A stretch of 64,000 nucleotides of DNA from Desnuesiella massiliensis (GTDB lineage Bacteria; Bacillota; Clostridia; Clostridiales; Clostridiaceae): positions 306,078 to 370,077 of the forward strand of contig NZ_LN879456.1 in NCBI RefSeq assembly GCF_001403615.1, given 5' to 3'. A model generated the notes under the pieces. The model saw nothing but the letters and a program-made list of their open reading frames with translations. It was not told where the DNA came from and did no database searches. Numbering within the stretch: position 1 is the first letter of the stretch; every line of letters starts with the position of its first letter. Made by a program: the position numbers and the translations under genes. Positions 19,782 through 30,923 of this stretch are shown one piece after another.

Positions 19782-20684
19782 ATGAAAATTGATATAAATG
19801 GAATAGAATTTAAAAATCCTATAATAGCAGCCTCTGGTACCTTTGGTTTTGGACAAGAATATAATGATTTTTACTCGGTTAGTAAGCTTGGGGGAATCTG
19901 TACAAAAGGTCTTACTTTAAATCCTAGAGACGGAAATGCAGGATTAAGAGTATTTGAAACTCCTTCAGGCATGTTAAATAGTGTAGGGCTCCAAAACCCA
20001 GGAGTAGAAGATTTTATAAAAATAGAGCTTCCAAAAATGCAAGAGCTAAACACAAATATTATAGCTAATGTAGGGGGAGCTACTATAGAGGAATATGAAG
20101 AGGCTATTGAAAAATTAAACTCTACAGATATACAAATGGTGGAACTTAATATATCTTGCCCTAATGTTAAATGTGGAGGTATGGCTTTTGGTATTAAATC
20201 AGAGGTGGCCTATGAGGTAGTATCTAAGGTAAGAAAAGTAAGTAAAAAACCTCTTATGGTTAAACTATCTCCTAATGCAGAAAATATATTAGAAATGGCT
20301 TATAAATGTTGTGAAGCTGGGGCTGATAGCCTTTCATTAATAAACACAGTAAAAGGTATGGCCATAGACATAAAAGCTAAAAAGCCTGTTTTTAATAATA
20401 TCTTTGCAGGCTTATCTGGACCGGCTATAAAGCCTATAGCTCTTAGAATGGTTTATGAAGTTTATAATATAGTAAAGGTACCCATCATAGGGCTCGGAGG
20501 CATAATGAATTGGCAGGATGCTATTGAATTTATTATGGCTGGAGCAACAGCAGTGCAAATTGGTACAGTGAATTTTATAAATCCTATAGCAGGTAAGGAA
20601 ATGATAGAAGGTATAGAAGAATTTATGAAGAACCAAGGTGTAAAAGATATGAAAGAGCTAATAGGAATAGCTCATAATGATTAA
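19782..20684 (+). CDS. pyrD: Dihydroorotate dehydrogenase 1B catalytic subunit.
   Basis: Motifs [13 protein letters not shown] and NTVKGMAID. Confidence 0.9.
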   Translation: MKIDINGIEFKNPIIAASGTFGFGQEYNDFYSVSKLGGICTKGLTLNPRDGNAGLRVFETPSGMLNSVGLQNPGVEDFIKIELPKMQELNTNIIANVGGATIEEYEEAIEKLNSTDIQMVELNISCPNVKCGGMAFGIKSEVAYEVVSKVRKVSKKPLMVKLSPNAENILEMAYKCCEAGADSLSLINTVKGMAIDIKAKKPVFNNIFAGLSGPAIKPIALRMVYEVYNIVKVPIIGLGGIMNWQDAIEFIMAGATAVQIGTVNFINPIAGKEMIEGIEEFMKNQGVKDMKELIGIAHND

Positions 20685-20715
20685 AATTAAATAAATAGTA
20701 TGAGGTGAATATATT

Positions 20716-21276
20716 ATGCTAATAGATATACTTAAACAATGTGAAGCGCTATTGGAAGGACATTTTTTATTATCCTCAGGAAAACACAGTAATAAATACT
20801 GTCAATGTGCTAAGTTATTACAATATCCTGATAAAGCGGAAAAAGTTTTAAAGGTAGTAGCGGAAGAATTAAAAGCTTTAGATTTTGATTTAGTAGTAGG
20901 TCCTGCCATGGGGGGGATAATAGTAGCCTATGAATTAGGAAGACAATTAGGTAAGCCTGCCATATTTACTGAAAGAGAAAATGGTGAAATGTGTTTAAGA
21001 AGGGGCTTTGAAATAAAGAAGGGTCAAAAGGTAATAATCACTGAAGACGTAGTAACTACAGGAAAATCCTTTAAAGAAGCAGCTGAGGTAATAAAAGCTC
21101 ATGGAGGAGAAGTGGTGGCAGTAGCTTGTGTAGTAGATAGAAGTAATGGAGCAGTAGTAGATTATCCTTTATATAGTGCTGTTAAATTAAATATAGATAG
21201 CTTTGAAAAAGAGAATTGTCCGCTATGTAAGGAAGGAATTCCTTATGTAAAGCCAGGAAGTAGAGCTATAAAATAA
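20716..21276 (+). CDS. pyrE: Orotate phosphoribosyltransferase.
   Basis: PRPP-binding loop [13 protein letters not shown]. Confidence 0.85.
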   Translation: MLIDILKQCEALLEGHFLLSSGKHSNKYCQCAKLLQYPDKAEKVLKVVAEELKALDFDLVVGPAMGGIIVAYELGRQLGKPAIFTERENGEMCLRRGFEIKKGQKVIITEDVVTTGKSFKEAAEVIKAHGGEVVAVACVVDRSNGAVVDYPLYSAVKLNIDSFEKENCPLCKEGIPYVKPGSRAIK

Positions 21277-21357
21277 TCGATGGATAAATTGACATAAAGG
21301 CAGAGCGCATTCTATAAGATAGAAAAATCTACAATATATAATATTTAAACATAAAAT

Positions 21358-21402
21358 TAAAGCTTACATCTAAATATTTTTAGTGTAAGCTTTAGTTTTT
21401 TT
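21358..21402. terminator. Bidirectional hairpin aagcttaca...tgtaagctt followed by T8, between pyrE and the convergent focA.
   Basis: Inverted repeat plus T-run. Confidence 0.6.
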
Positions 21403-21404
21403 AT

Positions 21405-22289
21405 TTATACAGCTTTATTTGTTTTATTTGTATTATTTGAACTATTGTGTGTACTATGAGAATCGAATTTATGAGAATATTTAAAAGCCGCCCAGAAAGC
21501 TATTCCTACAAATAAGGAGCCACCTATTATATTGCCTAATGTAACGGGTACTAGGTTAGAAACAATATGATTTAAGTCTATATAATGTAATTTTTCAGCA
21601 GGCAATTTTATAGCTTCTGCAAAAGCTGGATTGCCCTTTGCAAACATTGCTATAGAGAAATAGTACATATTAGCTACGCTATGCTCAAAGCCTGCAACCA
21701 CAAAGGCCATTATAGGGAACCAGATTGCTAAAATCTTACCTGCCACATCTTTTGCTGCAAAGGATATCCATACTGCTAGGCAAACTATCATATTACATAA
21801 AATACCACTGCTTAAGGCTTTCATAAAAGGAAGAGAGCCTTTGGTGGCTGCTACCTTTAAGGCATATCCGCCTAATTTAAATGAATTAGTTTCTAAAAGA
21901 CCGCTATTATATATAAGGAAGGAAATAAAAATTGCACCTAATAAATTTGAAAAATAAATTATAATCCAGTTTTTTATAACTTGCTTAATAGTTATTTTGC
22001 CATCTACTAAAGGCACCGAAAGTAAGATATTACCCGTAAATAAGTCTGTTCCGCATAGTATTACTAGTATTAATCCTGTAGGAAATATGACGCCAGCAAT
22101 AAATTTGCTTAATCCTACATTGTCGATGCTGTGGGAAGCTAAAGAAGAAGCGTAGCCGCCTAGAGCTATAAAAGCACCGGATAAAAATCCTAAAATAATT
22201 GACTTTATAACAGGATATTCTGCCTTTTTCGTATAAGCTTCAATAATTTCATCACAAATTTCCATAGGTTTTAACATTCTTTTCTCCAT
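21405..22289 (-). CDS. focA: Formate/nitrite transporter family protein (FocA-like), divergent from pflB.
   Basis: Six TM helices and FNT-type loops. AAGGAG lies upstream of the ATG at 22289. Confidence 0.8.
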   Translation of the reverse strand: MEKRMLKPMEICDEIIEAYTKKAEYPVIKSIILGFLSGAFIALGGYASSLASHSIDNVGLSKFIAGVIFPTGLILVILCGTDLFTGNILLSVPLVDGKITIKQVIKNWIIIYFSNLLGAIFISFLIYNSGLLETNSFKLGGYALKVAATKGSLPFMKALSSGILCNMIVCLAVWISFAAKDVAGKILAIWFPIMAFVVAGFEHSVANMYYFSIAMFAKGNPAFAEAIKLPAEKLHYIDLNHIVSNLVPVTLGNIIGGSLFVGIAFWAAFKYSHKFDSHSTHNSSNNTNKTNKAV

Positions 22290-22772
22290 AATGCATACTC
22301 CTTTTAATAATATTGTTAAAAAAATAACGAATTATACCCTCCACAGAAGGTCGAATATAGAAGAATTTAGGACATATAATGAAAAAAATAGAAATTTCAT
22401 TTCATTGTTTTAATGTAAAAAAATTAGTGAGGATTAGTAGTTTTTTAACAAACAATATTTATGCTTGTTATAAACAGATATAAAAAATAGCTTATAAAAA
22501 TATAATAACTGTATTATTTTTGTGACGAAACTGTTATACAGCCTAATATAGGTTATCACATAGAAGATAGGGTGTCAACAAGTATTTATAATAACGACAA
22601 AATTCAGAATATTTAAACTTTGCGTTAAAGTATTAACAAATATGAAATGTTATTGTATAATAAAAACATAGAAAACTTAATCAATATACATATAATGATA
22701 AATACTTAAAAATTCAAAAATAAATGTGCTGATGATTAGCATAAATAATCAGAGGCTAAAGGAGGAAAAATT

Positions 22773-24998
22773 ATGTTTAAACAATGGGAAGGTTTTAAAG
22801 GCGGTTCTTGGCAAGAAGCTATAGATGTAAGAACCTTTATACAAAAGAACTATACATTATACGAAGGTGATAAGAGTTTCTTAGCTGAGACTACAGAAAG
22901 AACAAAGAAGGTTTGGGAAAAATCAAGCGCTCTTATAATAGAAGAAATTAAAAAAGGTGTAATGGATGTAGCTACGGATAGAATATCTGGAATTGACAGC
23001 TATGAGGCAGGATATATAGATGAAGCAAATGAAGTAATAGTTGGTTTACAAACAGATGCTCCATTAAAAAGAATAGTTAACCCATTTGGTGGATGGAGAA
23101 TGGTTGAGCAATCTCTAGAAGCTTATGGATATACTTTAGATAAAGATATAGCAGAATATTTCCCTAAATACAGAAAAACTCATAATGAAGGAGTTTTCGA
23201 TGCATACACTGATGAAATAAAAGCTGCTAGATCTGCAGGATTAATCACAGGTCTTCCAGATGCTTACGGTAGAGGAAGAATCATAGGCGACTACAGAAGA
23301 ATAGCTCTATATGGAGTTGACTATTTAATAGAGCAAAAGAAAAAAGATTTAAAAGAATTAAAAGGCGATATGCTTGATGATTTAATAAGGAGAAGAGAAG
23401 AGTTAAATGAGCAGATTAGGGCATTAGCTGCTATGAAATCTATGGCTGCTAAATATGGAGTAGATATATCAGTTCCTGCTGCAAATGCAAGAGAAGCTGT
23501 TCAATTCTTATATTTTGGATATCTTGCTGCTGTTAAAGAAAATAATGGTGCAGCTATGTCCTTAGGAAGAACAAGTACTTTCTTAGATATATACATTGAA
23601 AGAGATCTTCAAAGCGGAGCTATAACAGAAGCAGAAGCACAAGAAATCATTGATCAATTTGTAATAAAACTAAGATTAGTAAGACACTTAAGAACTCCTG
23701 AATACAATGAACTATTTGCTGGAGACCCAACTTGGGTTACAGAATCTTTAGCTGGAGTTAGTGTAAATGGTAAGGCACTTGTAACAAAGAACTCCTTTAG
23801 ATTCTTACACACATTAGTTAACTTAGGACCAGCTCCAGAACCAAATATGACAGTGTTATGGTCAGAAAAATTACCAGAAAACTTCAAGAAGTTCTGCGCT
23901 GAAATGTCTATATTAACAGACTCAATTCAATATGAAAATGATGATGTTATGAGACCAATATACGGAGATGACTATGCAATTGCTTGCTGCGTATCTGCAA
24001 TGGAAGTTGGAAAGCAAATGCAATTCTTTGGAGCTAGATGTAATTTAGGTAAAACTCTTCTATATGCAATAAATGGAGGAGTGGACGAAAAGAAAGGCAA
24101 GTTAGTTGTTCCAGGATTAGCTAAAATAGAAGATGAAGTTCTTGACTTTGAAACTGTAAAAGCTAGCTTATTTAAAGCTATGGAATATGTAGCGGGACTA
24201 TATGTAAATACAATGAATGTAATTCATTATATGCACGATAAGTATGCTTATGAAGCAGGACAAATGGCTTTACATGATACTGAAGTAGGCAGATTAATGG
24301 CTTTCGGTATCGCTGGATTATCCGTTGTTTCTGACTCTTTAAGTGCTATAAAATATGCAAAAGTAAAACCAATAAGAGAAAATGGGATAGCAGTAGACTT
24401 TGAAGTCGAAGGAGAATTCCCTAAGTATGGTAATGACGATGATAGAGTTGACGATATAGCTATCGAATTAGTTAAAAAGTTCTCTAGTGAGTTAAAGAAA
24501 CATCCAACTTACAGAAATGCTAAACATACTCTATCAGTATTAACAATAACTTCAAATGTAGTATATGGTAAAAAGACTGGAGCTACACCAGATGGAAGAG
24601 ATGCTGGAGTGCCATTTGCCCCAGGAGCAAACCCAATGCACGGAAGAGATTTAGAAGGAGCACTTGCTTCATTGAACTCAGTAGCTAAGGTACCATATTC
24701 ACCATGTTGTGAAGACGGAGTTTCAAATACCTTCTCTATAGTTCCAGAAGCTTTAGGAAAAGACGGGGAAACTCAAATAAATAACTTAGTTTCTGTATTA
24801 GATGGATACTTTGGTCAAGGAGCACATCACTTAAATGTTAACGTGCTTCAAAGAGCTACACTAATGGATGCTATGGAACATCCTGAAAAATACCCAACAT
24901 TAACAATAAGAGTTTCTGGATATGCTGTTAACTTCAACAGATTATCAAGAGAACAACAATTAGAAGTAATAAGCAGAACTTTCCATGATAAAATGTAA
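22773..24998 (+). CDS. pflB: Formate C-acetyltransferase (pyruvate formate-lyase).
   Basis: Glycyl-radical motif RVSGYAV and the Cys-Cys active site ACCVS. Length is 741 aa. Confidence 0.95.
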   Translation: MFKQWEGFKGGSWQEAIDVRTFIQKNYTLYEGDKSFLAETTERTKKVWEKSSALIIEEIKKGVMDVATDRISGIDSYEAGYIDEANEVIVGLQTDAPLKRIVNPFGGWRMVEQSLEAYGYTLDKDIAEYFPKYRKTHNEGVFDAYTDEIKAARSAGLITGLPDAYGRGRIIGDYRRIALYGVDYLIEQKKKDLKELKGDMLDDLIRRREELNEQIRALAAMKSMAAKYGVDISVPAANAREAVQFLYFGYLAAVKENNGAAMSLGRTSTFLDIYIERDLQSGAITEAEAQEIIDQFVIKLRLVRHLRTPEYNELFAGDPTWVTESLAGVSVNGKALVTKNSFRFLHTLVNLGPAPEPNMTVLWSEKLPENFKKFCAEMSILTDSIQYENDDVMRPIYGDDYAIACCVSAMEVGKQMQFFGARCNLGKTLLYAINGGVDEKKGKLVVPGLAKIEDEVLDFETVKASLFKAMEYVAGLYVNTMNVIHYMHDKYAYEAGQMALHDTEVGRLMAFGIAGLSVVSDSLSAIKYAKVKPIRENGIAVDFEVEGEFPKYGNDDDRVDDIAIELVKKFSSELKKHPTYRNAKHTLSVLTITSNVVYGKKTGATPDGRDAGVPFAPGANPMHGRDLEGALASLNSVAKVPYSPCCEDGVSNTFSIVPEALGKDGETQINNLVSVLDGYFGQGAHHLNVNVLQRATLMDAMEHPEKYPTLTIRVSGYAVNFNRLSREQQLEVISRTFHDKM

Positions 24999-25092
24999 TA
25001 TTTATTAATTAAATAGGGGAAGCTCTCTTTGAATAAGATGGGCTTCCTTTACACCTTATAGATTAAGATAGATGAGAGGAGTTAATGTTTAT

Positions 25093-25809
25093 ATGAAAGG
25101 AAGAATTCACTCTATAGAAAGTATGGGACTTGTTGATGGTCCAGGTATAAGAGTAGTGGTATTTTTCCAAGGTTGTGCATTAAGATGCGCCTATTGTCAC
25201 AATCCAGATACTTGGAGTTTTAGTGGAGGGGAAGAATATACCCCTGAAGATTTATTAAAAAAGATTTTAAAATATAGGCCATATTTTCAAAAATCCGGTG
25301 GAGGAGTGACCTTTTCTGGAGGAGATCCTTTAATGCAGCCTGAATTTTTAATAGAAATACTTAAATTATGTAAAGACAATGGCATTCATACTACTTTAGA
25401 TACATCAGGATATGGAAAAGGACATTATGAGGAAATTTTAAAATATACGGATTTGATTCTTTTTGATATAAAACATATAACAAAAGAAGGTTATAAATCC
25501 CTAACTGGGCAAGATGGAAGTGAGTCCTGGAGATTTCTTGAGGCCGCCCAAAAGCAAGGAACTAAGCTTTGGATAAGACATGTGGTTGTTCCAGGAATAA
25601 CTAGTGAACAAGACCATATTGAAAAATTAGCTGACATAATAAAGAAAATAAAAAACGTTGAAAAGATAGAACTCCTGCCTTATCATACTTTAGGTGTAAA
25701 TAAATATGATACTATGAGTATACCCTATAGGTTAAAAGATTTAGAACCTATGGATAGAGAAGAATGTAAAAGGTTAGAAACTATTCTTAAGAATAAAATA
25801 ATTGAATAA
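25093..25809 (+). CDS. pflA: Pyruvate formate-lyase activating enzyme (radical SAM).
   Basis: CALRCAYCHN (Cx3Cx2C). The ATG at 25093 follows AGAGGAG. Confidence 0.9.
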   Translation: MKGRIHSIESMGLVDGPGIRVVVFFQGCALRCAYCHNPDTWSFSGGEEYTPEDLLKKILKYRPYFQKSGGGVTFSGGDPLMQPEFLIEILKLCKDNGIHTTLDTSGYGKGHYEEILKYTDLILFDIKHITKEGYKSLTGQDGSESWRFLEAAQKQGTKLWIRHVVVPGITSEQDHIEKLADIIKKIKNVEKIELLPYHTLGVNKYDTMSIPYRLKDLEPMDREECKRLETILKNKIIE

Positions 25810-25817
25810 CATGGATG

Positions 25818-25876
25818 ATAACGAGGTTTATTTTAAATAATTATTATTTAAGATAAACCTCGTTACATTTTTTTTG
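25818..25876 (+). terminator. Hairpin aacgaggtttat...ataaacctcgtt followed by T8, after pflA.
   Basis: 12-bp stem and T-run. Confidence 0.6.
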
Positions 25877-25925
25877 ATTTTGGAATATATATATATATTA
25901 AAATAATTATTTAGGGGTTGAGTTT

Positions 25926-27848
25926 ATGGATTTTAAAAAAATGATTTTGGAAGATAGAGAAAAAGAGCGCAGCAACAAATTTGAGGGAACCCTTTTGGAC
26001 TATTTGGAAATAATTAAAGAGGATAAGGAAGCTTCTAAATTATCTCATAAAAGAATTTATGATTTAATAATGGAAAAAGACTTAGAAATATTAAGGCCAG
26101 AAGAAAATGTTAGAGTGAGAAAGCTTTTTGGCAACGAGATAATTAAAAAATATAATTTTTTTAAAGAAGATTTTTTTGGAATAGAAAAGGTGCTAATGAA
26201 AATTATGAACTACTTCTATTCCGCTGCTATGAAGGGGGAAGAGGCAAGGCAGGTTTTATATTTGGTTGGTCCTGTAGGTGCAGGAAAATCTTCTCTAGTA
26301 GAAGCTTTAAAAAAATTATTGGAGCAATGTCCTCCGATATATGTGATAAAAGATTGCCCAATGAGAGAAGAGCCACTTCATCTTATACCTAAGCATCTTA
26401 GAGCAGATTTTGAAGATTTACTAGGAATTCAAATAGAAGGGGATCTTTGCCCAGTATGTAAATATAGATTACAGCACGAATTTAACGGCGAATATGAAAA
26501 ATTTCCTGTAATAAGGCAAGGTTTTTCTATAAGATCAAGAAAGGGAATAGGAGTAGTGCCTCCTGTGGACCCGAATAATCAAGATACATCCATATTAACT
26601 GGATCCATAGATATTTCAAAAATGGATTTATACTCCGAAGATGATCCAAGAATTTTTTCCTTAAATGGAGCTTTTAATGTAGGGAATAGGGGAATTGTTG
26701 AATTTATAGAAGTATTCAAAAATGATGTAGAATATCTTCATACTATAATCACTGCTACACAAGAAAAGTCCATACCTTCACCAGGAAAAGGTGCCATGAT
26801 TTATTTTGACGGCGTAATTATAGCTCACTCTAATGAAGCGGAGTGGAGCAAATTTAAATCTGACCATACTAATGAAGCCATATTAGATAGAATTGTAAAA
26901 GTAGAGGTACCTTATTGCCTAGAGCTTAATGAAGAAATAAAAATCTATAAAAAGATATTAAATAAAAGTAATTTTAAAGCTCATATTGCACCCCATACTA
27001 TTGAAGCAGCGGCGATGTTCGCTATCTTAACCAGGCTGAGCCCTTCTAGTAAAGTGGATTCTATCACTAAGCTTAAAATATATAATGGTGAAGAGATAGT
27101 AGAAAAGGGTACTACTAAAAGGATAGATATCACTGAGCTTAGAGAAGAAGCAGGACTTAGAGAAGGTATGAATGGCATATCTACAAGGTTTATTATTAAA
27201 GCTATAGATACTGCATTATCTAGTTCTGAGCAACATTGTATAAATCCATTAAGCATAATGGAAAGCATTATAAAAGCAGTGAAGGAATTAGATATTGCAG
27301 AAGAAGAAAAGAAAAGATATTTAAATTTTGTTCAAGATAATGTTAGAAAGGAATACAATAAGATTCTAGAAAAAGAAATAACAAAAGCCTTTATTCATAG
27401 TTTCAGAGAGCAGGCAGAATCTTTATTTAATAATTATATTGATAATGCAGAAGCCTATGTAAATAAAACTAAACTAAAGGATAGATCCACTGGAGAAGAG
27501 CTCTATCCGGATGAAAGATTTATGAAATCTATTGAAGAACAAATAGGAGTATTTGAAAGTTCAGCTAAAGGCTTTAGAACGGATGTGACCTCTTATATGT
27601 TCTACCTAGTTAGAAATGGCGGCAAATTAAACTATGAGTCATATGAACCCTTAAAAGAAGCTATAGAAAAGAAATTAATGGCTTCTGTGAAAGAGATTTC
27701 AAGGATTATTACAAAATCAAAGGTTAGAGATAAGGAGCAAGATAAAAAATATAATGCTATGGTAGAAGAAATGAAATCCAAGGGGTATTGTGATTATTGC
27801 TGTGATGTAATACTAAAATATGCAGCCAATAACTTATGGAGGGATTAA
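25926..27848 (+). CDS. prkA: PrkA-family serine protein kinase (AAA-type).
   Basis: Walker A GPVGAGKSS. Length is about 640 aa, with a PrkA-like N-terminus. Confidence 0.9.
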   Translation: MDFKKMILEDREKERSNKFEGTLLDYLEIIKEDKEASKLSHKRIYDLIMEKDLEILRPEENVRVRKLFGNEIIKKYNFFKEDFFGIEKVLMKIMNYFYSAAMKGEEARQVLYLVGPVGAGKSSLVEALKKLLEQCPPIYVIKDCPMREEPLHLIPKHLRADFEDLLGIQIEGDLCPVCKYRLQHEFNGEYEKFPVIRQGFSIRSRKGIGVVPPVDPNNQDTSILTGSIDISKMDLYSEDDPRIFSLNGAFNVGNRGIVEFIEVFKNDVEYLHTIITATQEKSIPSPGKGAMIYFDGVIIAHSNEAEWSKFKSDHTNEAILDRIVKVEVPYCLELNEEIKIYKKILNKSNFKAHIAPHTIEAAAMFAILTRLSPSSKVDSITKLKIYNGEEIVEKGTTKRIDITELREEAGLREGMNGISTRFIIKAIDTALSSSEQHCINPLSIMESIIKAVKELDIAEEEKKRYLNFVQDNVRKEYNKILEKEITKAFIHSFREQAESLFNNYIDNAEAYVNKTKLKDRSTGEELYPDERFMKSIEEQIGVFESSAKGFRTDVTSYMFYLVRNGGKLNYESYEPLKEAIEKKLMASVKEISRIITKSKVRDKEQDKKYNAMVEEMKSKGYCDYCCDVILKYAANNLWRD

Positions 27849-27851
27849 CTA

Positions 27852-29018
27852 ATGGCTATTTTTAAGGATTTTAATCCTGTGGATCACGATAGGGCCATTG
27901 AAGATAGAAGACGTCATAAAGAATTAGTGGAAAAATCTATAAAAGAAAATTTAGGAGATATATTGTCTGAAGAGAGTATTATAGGAGAAGGAAAGGACAG
28001 GAAATTTAAAATTCCTATAAGAGGACTAAAGGAGTATCAATTCATATATGGTAAAAATAATAACGGAACTACTACAGGTGAAGGTGATGAGAAAAGAGGG
28101 CAAAAGATAGGTAGTGATAAAGAAAGTGGTACAGGAAAAGGCAGCATGGCTGGTAGCGAAGAAGGTGAAGATATTTACGAAACTGAGGTCACTATTGATG
28201 ATATTATGAATTACTTAATTGAGGATTTAGAACTTCCCAATTTAGATAAAAAACGATATTCTGAAATATTGACACAAAGCTCCAAGCGAAAAAGAGGATA
28301 TCAAAAGTATGGCATAAGACCTAGACTTTCTAAAAAGAGAACAGTAATGGAGAAAATCAAAAGAAAACAAGCTTATAAAAGAGTTAGCCTTATTAGGTTA
28401 ACTTTAGGGGATAATAAAAGATTTCCATTTAAACAAGAAGATTTGAGATACTCTAGAGTTAAAAAAACTCTGAAAAGAGAGTCCAATGCAGTTATAATAT
28501 GTATCATGGACACCTCAGGTTCTATGGATACTACGAAAAAATATTTAGCTAGATCTTTTTTCTTCGTGTTATCAAAGTTTATAAGAAGAAAATATTCTAA
28601 TGTAAAGGTTGAATTTATTGCTCACACTACTACAGCTAAAGTAGTTAGTCAGGAAGAGTTTTTTCACAAAGGTGAATCAGGAGGGACTTATATATCTAGT
28701 GGCTATAATAAGGCTATAGAACTGATAAATGAAAAATATAATCCTTCCTTATGGAATGTGTACTCTTTCTATGTCAGTGATGGTGATAATTGGTCTGAAG
28801 ATAATGAAAAGGCTATAAGTAAGGGAAAGGAATTGTGCAAATTGTGTAATATGTTAGGCTATGCAGAACTGATGCCAGCTTATTATTCTAATACCATAAA
28901 GGAAAGATTTTTAACTGAAATAAATCTTCCAAACTTTACTGCAGTGACTGTTAAGAAAAAAAGTGAGCTATGGCCCGCATTAAAAGCCATGCTAAAAAAA
29001 GATATAAAGGAGGTGTAA
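27852..29018 (+). CDS. yhbH: YhbH-like sporulation/stress protein (DUF444, vWA-like).
   Basis: The conserved position between prkA and spoVR. The MDTSGSM block is present. Confidence 0.85.
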   Translation: MAIFKDFNPVDHDRAIEDRRRHKELVEKSIKENLGDILSEESIIGEGKDRKFKIPIRGLKEYQFIYGKNNNGTTTGEGDEKRGQKIGSDKESGTGKGSMAGSEEGEDIYETEVTIDDIMNYLIEDLELPNLDKKRYSEILTQSSKRKRGYQKYGIRPRLSKKRTVMEKIKRKQAYKRVSLIRLTLGDNKRFPFKQEDLRYSRVKKTLKRESNAVIICIMDTSGSMDTTKKYLARSFFFVLSKFIRRKYSNVKVEFIAHTTTAKVVSQEEFFHKGESGGTYISSGYNKAIELINEKYNPSLWNVYSFYVSDGDNWSEDNEKAISKGKELCKLCNMLGYAELMPAYYSNTIKERFLTEINLPNFTAVTVKKKSELWPALKAMLKKDIKEV

Positions 29019-29019
29019 T

Positions 29020-30387
29020 ATGGAATACACCATAGGAGAACTAGAAGCTTGGTGCTCTAATATAGAGGAGTTAGTAAGTAAATTTGGATTAGATTGCTAT
29101 GAACAAGAATTTGAGATTATTAATTATAAGGATATGTTATCTTATGAAGCCTATTTAGGGATGCCCTCTAGATATCCTCATTGGAGCTTTGGCAAGGCTT
29201 ATGAAAAAAATAAAACTCTTTATAGATATAATTTGACAGGATTGCCTTATGAGATGGTTATAAACTCCAGTCCTTGCTTAGCTTATTTGATGAAAGAAAA
29301 TACAAAATTAGTTCAGATTCTTACTATAGCTCATGTATTTGGACATAATGATTTTTTTAAAAACAATAGATTATTTAAGAATGGACTAGAAGCTAAGTAT
29401 GTATTATCTATGTTCAAAAGTCATGGAGACACTATAAGAGAGTATGTAAGGGATCCAAGTATTGGATATAGCAGCGTGGAAAAAATATTAGATGCAGCTC
29501 ATGCAATAAAGCTGCAGACTTCAAGGGTAATAGGAGAAAAAAGAATTCCTTATGAGAAGCAAAAAAACAATATAATTGAGGATTATAAAAAGGCTGCAGA
29601 AAAAATACAATGGTATGAAGATAAAGAGAATATTGTAATGCCGGATATAAGTAAAATTCCTTTGGAGGATGAAGAAGATTTACTATATTTTATTTTGGAA
29701 TACGGAGAACTTCAAGAGTGGGAAAAAAATATTATAGAAATAGTAAAAGAAGAGACAAATTATTTTATGCCTCAAATAGAAACAAAAATCATGAATGAAG
29801 GTTGGGCCAGTTTTTGGCATTATAGAATATTAAACAATTTAGAGCTGGATCAAGGATCACATCTAGAGTTTATAAAGGTCCATAACTCAGTAATAGCGCC
29901 TATGAAAGGAATGCTTAATCCATATTTTTTAGGATTTAAGATTTTTGAAGATATAGAAAAAAGATTTGGCACGGAGAAGATATTTGAAGTAAGGGCACTG
30001 GAACGGGATGAATCTTTTATTAGAAGATATTTGACGAAAGAGCTATGTAATGAATTAAACTTATTTAGTTATGAAAAAATCGGCAGTGATTATTTGGTAA
30101 AAGATGTAGCAGATGAAGAGGGATGGAAGGATATAAGAGATCTTATATGTAAGAATTGTGGCTTGAATTTAGTTCCTCATATCAAAATAATTGAAATGGA
30201 TAAAAAAGATAGAAGTTTACACTTAGAGCAGGTATTTGACGGCAGGGAGTTAAACATAGATTATGCTAAGGCTACCTTAAAATATATTTATAGACTCTGG
30301 GGAAACAAAATTATATTAAATACAAATCTATCTGGCAAAAATATCAGTATTATCTGCGAAGCTGAAGATAATATTTATCTATCATAG
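29020..30387 (+). CDS. spoVR: SpoVR-family protein.
   Basis: Length, synteny and conserved N-terminal region are consistent with SpoVR. Confidence 0.85.
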   Translation: MEYTIGELEAWCSNIEELVSKFGLDCYEQEFEIINYKDMLSYEAYLGMPSRYPHWSFGKAYEKNKTLYRYNLTGLPYEMVINSSPCLAYLMKENTKLVQILTIAHVFGHNDFFKNNRLFKNGLEAKYVLSMFKSHGDTIREYVRDPSIGYSSVEKILDAAHAIKLQTSRVIGEKRIPYEKQKNNIIEDYKKAAEKIQWYEDKENIVMPDISKIPLEDEEDLLYFILEYGELQEWEKNIIEIVKEETNYFMPQIETKIMNEGWASFWHYRILNNLELDQGSHLEFIKVHNSVIAPMKGMLNPYFLGFKIFEDIEKRFGTEKIFEVRALERDESFIRRYLTKELCNELNLFSYEKIGSDYLVKDVADEEGWKDIRDLICKNCGLNLVPHIKIIEMDKKDRSLHLEQVFDGRELNIDYAKATLKYIYRLWGNKIILNTNLSGKNISIICEAEDNIYLS

Positions 30388-30420
30388 AATATATATAGAT
30401 TCTTGCAACCTATATATTAA

Positions 30421-30450
30421 AAAATGCAGTATTGAGATACTGCATTTTTA
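30421..30450. terminator. Bidirectional hairpin aaatgcagtat-tgag-atactgcattt shared by the convergent spoVR and rubredoxin genes.
   Basis: 11-bp stem with A/T tracts on both sides. Confidence 0.6.
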
Positions 30451-30452
30451 TA

Positions 30453-30614
30453 TTATTCAGTTGGTTCAAATTGATCTTTACCTACTCCGCATAGTGGGCA
30501 TAACCAATCTTCAGGTATATTTTCAAAAGCTGTTCCTGGAGCTACTCCGTTATCTTCATCACCTATTTCTGGATCATATACATATCCACATACTACACAA
30601 ATGTACTTTTGCAT
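30453..30614 (-). CDS. rd: Rubredoxin (53 aa). It is absent from the ORF track.
   Basis: Translation gives [53 protein letters not shown]. This contains two CxxC knuckles (CVVCG, CPLCG). AAGGAGG lies upstream on the minus strand. Confidence 0.85.
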   Translation of the reverse strand: MQKYICVVCGYVYDPEIGDEDNGVAPGTAFENIPEDWLCPLCGVGKDQFEPTE

Positions 30615-30923
30615 TTTAATTCCTCCTTATAACACATGAATAATATTTATTTAATAATAATACATATTTATTAACATTTATTATGTACTATTATTATACA
30701 TAAAAATAAATATCTTTACAAGTATTTTATAGCATAAAATTTAATTGGTTACTATAAAATTAATTTTATTGTTTAAATACCAAATTTTATAGTAAGTTTA
30801 GTTATACTTTATATAGAACGCATATATACTAAGTTTACGTAATGTTTATCCATAATATACGCAGAATCATTAATAAGCTTATAAATAACGGAGGTTTGCC
30901 ATACAAGACAAACCTCTATTTAA

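Noticed and set aside
22290-22772. A small peptide ORF (MKKIEISFHCFNVKKISED) or Crp/Fnr and Rex sites in the 480-bp pflB leader.
   Set aside because: The 19-aa ORF has no RBS. Only loose half-site matches were found (TGTGAcgaaacTGTTA, ATGTT-N13-AACAT), with no convincing palindrome.
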